Virus record (IMG/VR): IMGVR_UViG_3300020578_005267
Strand: one strand, 5' to 3'
DNA length: 64,000 nt
DNA from: an uncultured virus (IMG/VR IMGVR_UViG_3300020578_005267)
Lineage: Duplodnaviria; Heunggongvirae; Uroviricota; Caudoviricetes
The notes under the pieces were generated by a model. The model did no database searches. It worked only from the letters and a program-made list of their open reading frames with translations, and had not been told where the DNA came from. The first letter of the stretch is position 1. Each line of letters starts with the position of its first letter. This document shows, piece after piece, positions 49,401-56,917 of this stretch. Both the position numbers and the translations under genes were made by a program.

Positions 49401-49641
49401 CGATGTAAGCCGCTTCATATTTAGGTATTTGAGTGTTAACAAATTTCTCGGGGGACGTTGGACCAAAAAGAGCTTGGAACTGATCGAAACTTGTTATAAA
49501 AATTGGTTCGAAGGCTGGACCAGTCAAGGTTTCACCAACGATACCTAAAGTGGTTACTCCCACACTCTGAGATATGAATGATAAATCAGTCTCTCTGGTG
49601 TAAACACCAGGTGATACGAATACTTTTTGTGCTGTTGCCAT
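46435..49641 (-). CDS. Contractile tail sheath protein (gp18-like, enlarged, 1068 aa)
   Basis: FVSPGVYTRETD N-terminus; PWYASAGYTRG, LYQGRINPI, GNKTLQ, RLNVRRLL and KPTKALEFI C-terminal motifs. Confidence 0.95.
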   Translation of the reverse strand: MATAQKVFVSPGVYTRETDLSFISQSVGVTTLGIVGETLTGPAFEPIFITSFDQFQALFGPTSPEKFVNTQIPKYEAAYIAKSYLQQSNQLFVTRVLGLSGYDAGPSWSFTTIANVDQSTIGTSGSPVDFAFTFSGNSGGTITITQLASTSPTGSTVPDIIFDTLDIPYTQNDGSVSSLREDIESQIMGIANASGATSGDSLYVYGAIDTSDFDPSSYTVENVFDCSDVDNSTIVYSAETNDEWYYATFDKPDLTTNSYTGYSFLTYCSKVTGGTSATYEIFSGAMSGTIYTYSGTSFSEYDNLVVATLRSRGISLYNATTAGPRYQVTGSTDLGLDTSGSYSGLTSNPYATFAITGETYEGDVFSIETSFQSSDSEYITKVLSVSNFSKSRLDIPVFVEEIYQTMLNWSYNNGYIRGIVPDFVSLPEARGGNISSIANNLFEYQSPTTPYVVSELRGNKVYNLFKFVSISDGDAANTQVKISIMNMSFNNSTFDIVVRSFFDTDANPVVLEKFTNCTMDPASNSFVAKKIGSSDGEYPLNSAYIMVELSEEYPIDALPCGFEGYNMRDYSGNNQSPIPIYKTAYYFPGQVIYNPPFGTTNGGSNVVTSSGDNVRRTFLGFSNTLGIDESLLQFKGYQNISDHCDTNVETPFNYRTKGFHMDSGATVVEIANTFMTSGQSAFEVGVASFNSEPTSPTNPYYRIFARKFTICFAGGFDGWDIYRESRTNTDEYILGASGYLKGACPTSRYPTATGWGAFRDYAYGDLVSNWGNSDFYAYQLGIATFANPEATNINVFVSPGIDYVNNSGLVEYAVDMVEDDRADSIYICTTPDYDMFLPTTYDNIGLIYPTEAVNNLEETGIDSNYTATYYPWILTRDTVNNTQLYIPATGEVCRNLALTDNIAFPWYASAGYTRGLVNSIKARIKLTQEDRDTLYQGRINPIATFSDVGTVIFGNKTLQIADSALDRLNVRRLLLQARKLISAVAVRLLFEQNDEIVRQQFLDSVNPIMDSIRRDRGVYDFRVTVSSSPEDLDRNTLSGKIFLKPTKALEFIDIEFLITPAGATFENI

Positions 49642-49673
49642 TATTAAAAGGTTCTAGTTGAATTTATTTTATT

Positions 49674-49681
49674 CATAAATA
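49674..49681 (-). promoter_or_regulatory. TATTTAT putative phage late-promoter motif
   Basis: 32 nt before the sheath ATG. Confidence 0.65.
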
Positions 49682-49759
49682 TTAAATTAAAGACAAAAAT
49701 CTTTGTTCCTGAATATGTATTTGTAAATCAGGATATTTAATTCTGCCTTTTTTCTGCCT

Positions 49760-49933
49760 ATGAAAACACCCCCTAAATCGAACAAAGAGATAAAGAATAT
49801 AAAAATCTCAATAGAGTCTCACGAAAGATTGAGAAGATACTGTGATAAGAGGGGTTTGAAAATTTACAAATTCTTGGAAAACCTCATAATGGAGAGATGC
49901 AAAGAAAAGACTGACCTTTACGGCGAGGATTAG
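49760..49933 (+). CDS. Small ribbon-helix-helix-like DNA-binding protein (57 aa, below the track cutoff)
   Basis: Manual translation MKTPPKSNKEIKNIKISIESHERLRRYCDKRGLKIYKFLENLIMERCKEKTDLYGED*; a beta strand followed by two helices with a G turn; fills an otherwise empty gap. Confidence 0.7.
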   Translation: MKTPPKSNKEIKNIKISIESHERLRRYCDKRGLKIYKFLENLIMERCKEKTDLYGED

Positions 49934-50970
49934 AGTAGTTTAGCAATATACTCCAAAGATGACACTGCAGATGCGTCCTCAGGTATTATCTCGAATCTTA
50001 CCGTATCTCCTGATGTGATTTGAATTGTGGAAACATCTTGACCATAATAATAGTCATTCAGGTAGACATCCCAAGTTTCAAGGTTTATTTTACTATTAAA
50101 ATTTAGATTCGCAGTGTATTTGAAATTCTCAGTATATCCTGTTTCACCGACACTAAAATTAAAAGTCAGAGGAAATTCTGTTGCGTTCTCTGGATATATC
50201 TTTTTTGGCTTTCTTCTTTTGAAATTACTTGTTTCTATAAGTTGGACCGTTCTTGAAATTGCTGGTTTTACCTGAAATTCTTCCTCATCTATTAAGAATC
50301 CCATCATTAAAAAATCATAATTTTGAATATAATATTTTCTCTTGTCTAATTCTAAGACAGACTCATTAGAAACGTTCTGTAATATGATTGGAACAAAATG
50401 TCCTTTTACAAAAGTATAAGCCTGACGAGAAGCAAACTTCTGCATTACAATCTTATTTAGTTGGTTCAACTCACGCATCCTATTACACATAAACTTTAGA
50501 CTATAAATTATATCAACTGGCACTGGTTGAGGTATAGTGTATATGTCAATTCCTTTCCTTTGACCGTCCCACGTTGGGACTGTTGCAAAATAATACTGTC
50601 TTCTGTTCGGTATATTGTAAATAAGTGATGGATTTGATCCGTATTTGACATCTGGATTTCTAACAACAGTCATGAAAGGAACCTTGACGTTTTTATCTAA
50701 ATCACTAAAGTTCCAAGTCTCAGTAAACTGTGACCAATTCTGAGTTGTAATTATAATATCAACAACTGGCACCACCTTTCCTGATGTTACAGTCTCAAGA
50801 TCTTTCTTCACAAAATCTAACATACCTCTATCCAAATCAGCGTGTAAAACAGACTTGGGTAAAAAAGTACCATCTCTTGTAATGTAATCCAAAAGCTGTT
50901 CCCTACGAGCTAAAAGCTCTTTCTGAGGTACTAAATCAATTTTCTTTTTTACTTGTTTGGGAAACGGCAT
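49930..50970 (-). CDS. Tail terminator / sheath stabiliser (gp15-like)
   Basis: PVPVDIIYSLKFMCNRMRELNQL resembles the gp15 family core; position upstream of the sheath. Confidence 0.6.
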   Translation of the reverse strand: MPFPKQVKKKIDLVPQKELLARREQLLDYITRDGTFLPKSVLHADLDRGMLDFVKKDLETVTSGKVVPVVDIIITTQNWSQFTETWNFSDLDKNVKVPFMTVVRNPDVKYGSNPSLIYNIPNRRQYYFATVPTWDGQRKGIDIYTIPQPVPVDIIYSLKFMCNRMRELNQLNKIVMQKFASRQAYTFVKGHFVPIILQNVSNESVLELDKRKYYIQNYDFLMMGFLIDEEEFQVKPAISRTVQLIETSNFKRRKPKKIYPENATEFPLTFNFSVGETGYTENFKYTANLNFNSKINLETWDVYLNDYYYGQDVSTIQITSGDTVRFEIIPEDASAVSSLEYIAKLL

Positions 50971-51393
50971 TTATGGTTCTATTAAATGGATTTTATTTTT
51001 AGCGTTAATCAAAGCAACTTCTGATGCGTGATATATTGGCTCTTGTGTAGATTTGATTACAAAAGAATCATTAATGTATGGGTCATATGAAATAATTTCC
51101 GATTGGTCCATGTTTGGAATATTTTCACAATTTTGCACACAATAATCCTCGATTGTCCCAATCACAAATGCATGAACGTTTTTTGATTTATCTTTTCTTA
51201 CTCTCTCCCTACCACCTTTTCTCACACGAAACTCAACGTCATACAAATAAACGTAATCGGCGTGTAAGACAACAATACCATTTTTTTGAACCGAGAACGT
51301 ATGTTTGTGTAAATTATAGTAAACCATAACTTTTTGACCAAGTATGTTGTCACGGAGCAAAGACTCTTGTGATTCTGAAATTAAATAAATCAT
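50971..51393 (-). CDS. Conserved phage protein of unknown function (140 aa)
   Basis: VYYNLHKHTFSV...FRVRKGGRERVR..K.KNVHAFVIG...YDPY motif, recurrent in phages. Confidence 0.7.
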   Translation of the reverse strand: MIYLISESQESLLRDNILGQKVMVYYNLHKHTFSVQKNGIVVLHADYVYLYDVEFRVRKGGRERVRKDKSKNVHAFVIGTIEDYCVQNCENIPNMDQSEIISYDPYINDSFVIKSTQEPIYHASEVALINAKNKIHLIEP

Positions 51394-51902
51394 AAACCTC
51401 TGAACTCGTTATCGTTTACATAAGTGGCAACTATTGTTCTGTAGAACGGCTTGTAACCACCATAAGTGTGTTTATTGTCTGAGTTAACCCTTCCATCATC
51501 AACAACACTATAATATCTGACTCTATTTTCAGTCTCATAATATCCTATGTAGTCTCCAAAATCTATAGAGATCTCTAAATCGTCCAAGGTCTTTTGATAA
51601 ACTGAAATCTGAATATTTCCCGGTTCAGATTGCGTAATTCTTGACCCACCCAGCATCGTGTTTGTTGGTATAAGAACCTTAACATATCCCTTAAACTCAA
51701 CGGGAGGTAAGAATTGAATACCGTCTTGTAGAGCTTCTCCGTATACGTCATCTGTCTTTGTCTTTTTCTTATCAACCTTGTATAACACCAAAGTAAAATT
51801 CATGTCACCTTCCAACCACTCTTCACCCATACCGATATCAAGTGCGTAGTCTTCTCCACCAAAGAACTTACCTAACCTTGTAATTGGGACCTGTCTTTCC
51901 AT
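51390..51902 (-). CDS. Neck / head-closure protein (gp14-like)
   Basis: DDVYGEA, PPVEFKGYV and GDYIGY motifs. ATG 51902 (MERQ) is preferred because the TATTTAT motif lies within the track's longer N-terminus. Confidence 0.65.
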   Translation of the reverse strand: MERQVPITRLGKFFGGEDYALDIGMGEEWLEGDMNFTLVLYKVDKKKTKTDDVYGEALQDGIQFLPPVEFKGYVKVLIPTNTMLGGSRITQSEPGNIQISVYQKTLDDLEISIDFGDYIGYYETENRVRYYSVVDDGRVNSDNKHTYGGYKPFYRTIVATYVNDNEFRGL

Positions 51903-51904
51903 TG

Positions 51905-51935
51905 TTGATAAATACATCGGAAAGAATTATATTTG
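51905..51935 (+). promoter_or_regulatory. Bacteroidota-type sigma-A promoter upstream of the SET remnant / SNF2 operon
   Basis: TTG (51905-51907)-N20-TATATTTG (51928-51935) matches the -33/-7 (TAnnTTTG) consensus. Confidence 0.6.
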
Positions 51936-51949
51936 TTTTCAAAAATGAT

Positions 51950-52090
51950 ATGAAAATAAACCCACCAACCAAAATATACTTGAATAATAGTCCAATACAT
52001 GGTTTAGGTGTGATTGCCTCAGATAGTATAAAGATGTCGGGTGTGATAGAAATATGTCCTATAGTTGAGATGAATTTTATTGGGGCATGA
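51950..52090 (+). pseudogene. Truncated SET-domain gene (N-terminal 46 aa only)
   Basis: KIYLNNSPIHGLGVIASDSI...IEICP matches the SET N-terminal SxIHGxGVFA motif; stops before any NH(S) or catalytic Tyr motif. Confidence 0.65.
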
Positions 52091-52115
52091 TTAAAAAAAA
52101 TAAGGTAGAGAACAA

Positions 52116-53870
52116 ATGAGTGACATATCAATAGAATCGAAAGCCCTTTCTTTATTAGAGATCTATGAAGGATCCAACAATTACATTCAAGAACTCAAAC
52201 GCAAATTTAAACTTAACAGGAAATTTTATCCAACGAGAAGTCAATCTGAATATATTATAAACAACCACGACAAACCACCAAAGGTTGCGAAGAAATGGGC
52301 GATGCTTGACACATATTTCGCACAAAAACTGGCAAACGATAAATTATACACACAGATACCTGAAAAGATTTGGGTGGAAAAGTTATTAGCCGAGAAAGAG
52401 AAAGCTTATCATATATGGGGTAAATTTTTTGAAACTGAATCACTTCATGAATTTTGGTTACCAAAGGCCGCAGTGATAAAAGACCACACAGTAAAAGATG
52501 TAAAAATAGATTATGAAAAATATTCAAATAGACCACCGCTTGCTCATCAGAAAGAAGCCATTCAAAAGTTGGTCGAAAATAAAAGATATGTGCTTGCAGA
52601 TGATATGGGTCTTGGCAAAACCACCTCTACCATTATAGCGGCTTTAGAAGCTAAGGCCAAGAAGATCCTGATTATCTGTCCCGCAAGTTTGAAGATAAAT
52701 TGGCAGAGAGAAATCGAAAATTACTCAAAAAAATCAATTTATATTTCAGAAGGTAAGAACTTCAGCAAAGATCATGATTTCGTTATTATAAATTACGACA
52801 TTATAAAAAATTTCCATGACCCTAAAAAGAAAGATGATTCGCAAATTCTTAATGCCGGTTTTGATTTGGTTGTTATTGATGAAGCACACTATATCAAAAA
52901 TCCTCAAGCCCAAAGAACAAAACTAATCAACGACTTTGTTAAAAGAGTTGACAGACTTTGGTTATTAACCGGTACTCCCATGACCTCAAGACCCATAGAT
53001 TATTATAATCTGTTGAACCTTGTGGATTCTCCTGTTGCAAAAAACTGGATGGCGTATGTTATCCGATACTGTGAGGGATATCAATTCAAAGTTGGGGCTA
53101 GAAAAGTTTGGAACGTTATGGGTGCATCCAATCTTGAGGAACTAAGAGACAGAACCTCCAATTTGGTACTAAGGAGACTAAAGGAAAATGTTTTAGATCT
53201 ACCTGATAAAATTATTACTCCTGTTTACCTGAGATTAAAATCAAAAAAATATGAGGAAGTAATGGGTGACTACTACAATTGGTATGAAAAAAACCCTGAC
53301 GAAAGCAAATCTCTTACCGTTCAATTTACTAAACTGACAGAAGTTAGGCAAGTTATTGCAGATGAAAAAATATTGAACACAATCGAACTCGCAGAAAATA
53401 TTATTGAACAGGGAAAGAAGGTAATAATATTTTGTAATTTCACAAACTCCTTAGAAAAAATAATAGAACACTTCGGTAAATCTGCAGTAAGATTAGATGG
53501 ATCAATGTCCAAACCCGACCGACAAAATAGTGTTGATAGATTTCAGAACGATGATAAAGTAAAAGTATTTGTTGGAAACATTAAAGCTGCAGGAGTTGGT
53601 ATTACTTTAACAGCCGCTGAAGCTGTTATAATGAATGACCTGTCTTTTTTGCCTTCAGACCACTCACAAGCTGAAGACCGAGCTTATAGATACGGTCAAA
53701 AAAACAATGTGTTAGTATATTATCCAATATTTGAAAATACTATCGAAGGTATCATTTACGACATTCTAAATAACAAAAAACAAGTTATTGCTACGGTCAT
53801 GGGTGATTTAAAAAATGATGTCGATATTGTAGAAGAAATCATGAAACAAATTAATGAACGTAGACAATAA
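52116..53870 (+). CDS. SNF2-family (SWI2/SNF2, HARP-like) helicase
   Basis: LADDMGLGKT, DEAH, LTGTP, VLRRLK, GVGITLT and QAEDRAYRYGQ motifs. Confidence 0.92.
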   Translation: MSDISIESKALSLLEIYEGSNNYIQELKRKFKLNRKFYPTRSQSEYIINNHDKPPKVAKKWAMLDTYFAQKLANDKLYTQIPEKIWVEKLLAEKEKAYHIWGKFFETESLHEFWLPKAAVIKDHTVKDVKIDYEKYSNRPPLAHQKEAIQKLVENKRYVLADDMGLGKTTSTIIAALEAKAKKILIICPASLKINWQREIENYSKKSIYISEGKNFSKDHDFVIINYDIIKNFHDPKKKDDSQILNAGFDLVVIDEAHYIKNPQAQRTKLINDFVKRVDRLWLLTGTPMTSRPIDYYNLLNLVDSPVAKNWMAYVIRYCEGYQFKVGARKVWNVMGASNLEELRDRTSNLVLRRLKENVLDLPDKIITPVYLRLKSKKYEEVMGDYYNWYEKNPDESKSLTVQFTKLTEVRQVIADEKILNTIELAENIIEQGKKVIIFCNFTNSLEKIIEHFGKSAVRLDGSMSKPDRQNSVDRFQNDDKVKVFVGNIKAAGVGITLTAAEAVIMNDLSFLPSDHSQAEDRAYRYGQKNNVLVYYPIFENTIEGIIYDILNNKKQVIATVMGDLKNDVDIVEEIMKQINERRQ

Positions 53871-53883
53871 CGAACTTATGGAT

Positions 53884-53891
53884 TATTTATA
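53884..53891 (+). promoter_or_regulatory. TATTTAT putative phage late-promoter motif
   Basis: Plus strand, 15 nt before the SOD-fusion ATG; orientation flips with the gene. Confidence 0.65.
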
Positions 53892-53906
53892 GAATAATCG
53901 AATGTT

Positions 53907-55442
53907 ATGAATAAAATAGAACAGAAGATTGAACAACTTGAAAAACAAATCACAGAAACACACATCAATGAAGAGACTCAGTTGTTAATCACAGAAATGA
54001 AAAAAATAGGAATAGAAAAATTACCTTATTCTTACTCAGCCCTCAAAAACTTCATCGATGCTGAAACGATGAATTTTCACTACAACAAACATTATAAAGG
54101 GTACGTAGATAAATTAAACGACGCATTAGCCAAAAAAAAATATGGTGATCTTGATCTTGAAAAGATAATCAAATCTATTTCAAGATATGACAAAACAATC
54201 CGTAACAATGCTGGTGGAGCATTCAATCATGCACTTTTTTGGAACATGCTTTCTCCCAAGCCAATGAAATTGAATGGGCCACTTGAGGATAAATTGAAAA
54301 AAGAGTTTAAATCCTTCAACAATTTTAAAAAAGAGTTTGAAACTGTAGCCAAAGAAAGATTTGGATCGGGGTGGGTGTGGTTGGTTTTGACTAGTCAAAA
54401 CAAATTAAAAATTATGTCAACACCAAACCAAGACAATCCGTTAATGAATATAATTGAAGGTGGTGGTTTTCCTTTATTGGGATTGGACCTTTGGGAACAT
54501 GCATATTATTTGAAATACAAAAACAAAAGAGATGAATATATTTCAAACTTTTGGAAGGTTGTCAATTGGGATTTCGTGTCAAAAATGTATGATATGAAAA
54601 TCGAAACAAGATTAGCCGAGTCAATCAAACTAAAGGAAATTATAATGGAAGGCAAATCTGAAAAATGTACACCAAATGAAATGGAAACTATCAGACTAAT
54701 GTTCAACATAAACAAAGATATAGAAAAAATATACAAAGAAAGTATTGACAGGATTTTGAAAGAGGTATTCAATGAAAATTGGGCAGATAAAGACAACGAA
54801 GGAAATATGTCAGGTGTTTACTTTTTAGAACAACCAGGAAGATCAGTTATCAACAAACTAAACACAAATTACACAACTTTTTGCATTCTTATTAAAGATA
54901 TTAATAAAATAATTCAAAACTTTCACCCTGAAAAACCCCAAATAAATTTTGTTGGAAAAACCCCAACTGAACAGGTTATGGAGGTTAAGAGGTTTGTAAA
55001 AGCGATAGATTACTTTAAGTTCAAAATATTTGATCCATCAAGCTTAACACTTCAAAATATAATGAGATCCTTGACAGAAACGGATGCGGCTGGTGAAAAA
55101 AGAGAGGAAATTACGGCATCTATTTTGGGAAAATTTTTTGGACCATCCGTTGAAATTTTCAAAGTGGGTGGGCTGGGTGAAAAGGAAGACATGATTCAAG
55201 GGGTTGATTTGAAAATAAAAAAAGACGGAAAAGAATATACTGGCCAAGTTAAGCCATTTAGAGAAAGAATTGATAAGGAACCTAACATAATATTGAAAGG
55301 CACAGGAAAAGTAAAAACCTACAATACAGATTGGATGATTTTCCAAAAAGGAAGGAACGTTTTAGTGTTTAACAAGAAACCAAGAATTATATCAGGCAAC
55401 TTTGTATTTCCATCAGATTCATTGGTCTACGATATAAAATAA
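53907..55442 (+). CDS. sodA: Mn-type Fe/Mn superoxide dismutase fused to a C-terminal PD-(D/E)xK-like domain
   Basis: LPYSYSAL, FHYNKH, NNAGGAFNHALFW, FGSGWVWL, NQDNP and DLWEHAYY motifs; about 280 extra C-terminal aa with GEKREE...GVD...GQVK. Confidence 0.85.
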   Translation: MNKIEQKIEQLEKQITETHINEETQLLITEMKKIGIEKLPYSYSALKNFIDAETMNFHYNKHYKGYVDKLNDALAKKKYGDLDLEKIIKSISRYDKTIRNNAGGAFNHALFWNMLSPKPMKLNGPLEDKLKKEFKSFNNFKKEFETVAKERFGSGWVWLVLTSQNKLKIMSTPNQDNPLMNIIEGGGFPLLGLDLWEHAYYLKYKNKRDEYISNFWKVVNWDFVSKMYDMKIETRLAESIKLKEIIMEGKSEKCTPNEMETIRLMFNINKDIEKIYKESIDRILKEVFNENWADKDNEGNMSGVYFLEQPGRSVINKLNTNYTTFCILIKDINKIIQNFHPEKPQINFVGKTPTEQVMEVKRFVKAIDYFKFKIFDPSSLTLQNIMRSLTETDAAGEKREEITASILGKFFGPSVEIFKVGGLGEKEDMIQGVDLKIKKDGKEYTGQVKPFRERIDKEPNIILKGTGKVKTYNTDWMIFQKGRNVLVFNKKPRIISGNFVFPSDSLVYDIK

Positions 55443-55453
55443 CTTTAAGAAAG

Positions 55454-55461
55454 TATTTATA
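55454..55461 (+). promoter_or_regulatory. TATTTAT putative phage late-promoter motif
   Basis: Plus strand, 5 nt before the gp13-like ATG. Confidence 0.65.
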
Positions 55462-55466
55462 TTATT

Positions 55467-56579
55467 ATGCCAGTAATCGGGGAACCAGATAGAGGTCGAA
55501 TTTATACTAGAGTCAAACATCTACTCGGTGCACCACTTCGTTCAGTTGAATTGGAAGATGAGATGATGGACTCATTAATGGAATTGTCTATTCAAGATTA
55601 TACACAATATACTTTGGATTGGTTGATTGAGTCTCAATGGGTTAATCTTGTAAATTTAAACATGGATGAGAAATCTGTAGCAAAAGCTTTGATAACAAGA
55701 ACTATGGACTTCGAAAATCAGTTTACTTACGCATATTCGAAAATTGTGGGTCTACAAACATCAGGTCCCTATGTTCTGAAGAAAGATTATATCACACTTT
55801 CAGCAAATACACAACTATATGAAATTCCAGCAGGACGCGAGGTGAACGAAGTTTTATGGTTTTCATCAGCTGAGTTAACGAACGTACTATTCGACCCATG
55901 GTCTATGGGATTCATAGGTGGACCCGGTCTTGGAGGACCGGCGGGTTATTCACAAATGGGATATAGTGGATCGTATTTTATGATGCCTGCCTTCGACATG
56001 TTATTGCGACTCCAAGAAATTAATATTCAAAGCCGTATTTTAGGTGGGGAATTAACTTACAGAATTACAGGATTACCTGACGGAAAAAAGTTGTTACAAC
56101 TTTACAACGTACCAGGTGGAAAGTTCGATTTCGGTAACTTCGGGTTCAATCAATATCGTGTGTGGTATTGGTATTATGACGTAGGACCCGAAGATAGAGC
56201 AGCTTGTTTGAAAGCGAATCCTGATATAATAAAACTTCCATCTGATGTTCCTTTGGAAACATTGGAGTGGGAAGATCTTAACGTGCCAGCACAGCAATGG
56301 GTGAGGAGATGGTTCACCGCCTACTGTAAAGAGACCTTAGCAAGAGTAAGGGGAAAGTATAGTGGTAACCTCAAAACACCTGACTCTGAAATTACAATGG
56401 ATTACCAAAGCCTTCTGACTGAATCTAAAGACGAAAAAACTAAGCTTGAAGAAGAACTGAAACTCAGATTAGAACGTCTGCGTCCTGAAAAGGTTATGGA
56501 GAAAGAAGCTCTGACAGCTGAGAATCTTAACAAACAAATGAGATACAGAGCGTTGCCAAGACAAATTTATGTTATCTAA
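55467..56579 (+). CDS. Neck / head-tail adaptor protein (gp13-like)
   Basis: LLGAPLRSVELEDE N-terminus; WVRRWFTAYCKETLARVRGKYSG...ITMDY C-terminal motif. Confidence 0.8.
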   Translation: MPVIGEPDRGRIYTRVKHLLGAPLRSVELEDEMMDSLMELSIQDYTQYTLDWLIESQWVNLVNLNMDEKSVAKALITRTMDFENQFTYAYSKIVGLQTSGPYVLKKDYITLSANTQLYEIPAGREVNEVLWFSSAELTNVLFDPWSMGFIGGPGLGGPAGYSQMGYSGSYFMMPAFDMLLRLQEINIQSRILGGELTYRITGLPDGKKLLQLYNVPGGKFDFGNFGFNQYRVWYWYYDVGPEDRAACLKANPDIIKLPSDVPLETLEWEDLNVPAQQWVRRWFTAYCKETLARVRGKYSGNLKTPDSEITMDYQSLLTESKDEKTKLEEELKLRLERLRPEKVMEKEALTAENLNKQMRYRALPRQIYVI

Positions 56580-56917
56580 TGTCGATTATCAAAACACAAC
56601 CCTCACAAAGATTATTCGAAGGAAGAATTATTGAAACATCCGAAATTTCTTTAATTAATAACGAAGAATATTACATTACAAGCGGTGAAGATTGTATTGT
56701 TGTAAGAGGAGATAAATCTACAACAATCAAGTTACAAAGCACAACTACAGATCATGTAGTTGTCAAAGCTTTAACACATCTAATTATTTTACCAGATATT
56801 GGTAGAATTGACGAAGATTTCGATGAAATAAGTTGTGATAGAGGTGCATGTATTGAGTTCAGATTTATAAACGGTAATTGGTACATCCTGTCATCAGATG
56901 GGTTGAAACAATCCTGA
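56579..56917 (+). CDS. Hypothetical protein (112 aa)
   Basis: Coupled to the gp13-like stop (TAATG); beta-rich; convergent overlap with the polymerase gene. Confidence 0.65.
   Translation: MSIIKTQPSQRLFEGRIIETSEISLINNEEYYITSGEDCIVVRGDKSTTIKLQSTTTDHVVVKALTHLIILPDIGRIDEDFDEISCDRGACIEFRFINGNWYILSSDGLKQS

Noticed and set aside
19421..49641. Bacterial extracellular contractile injection system or tailocin rather than a phage
   Set aside because: Neck proteins and a full phage replication set are interleaved, and no host housekeeping context is present.
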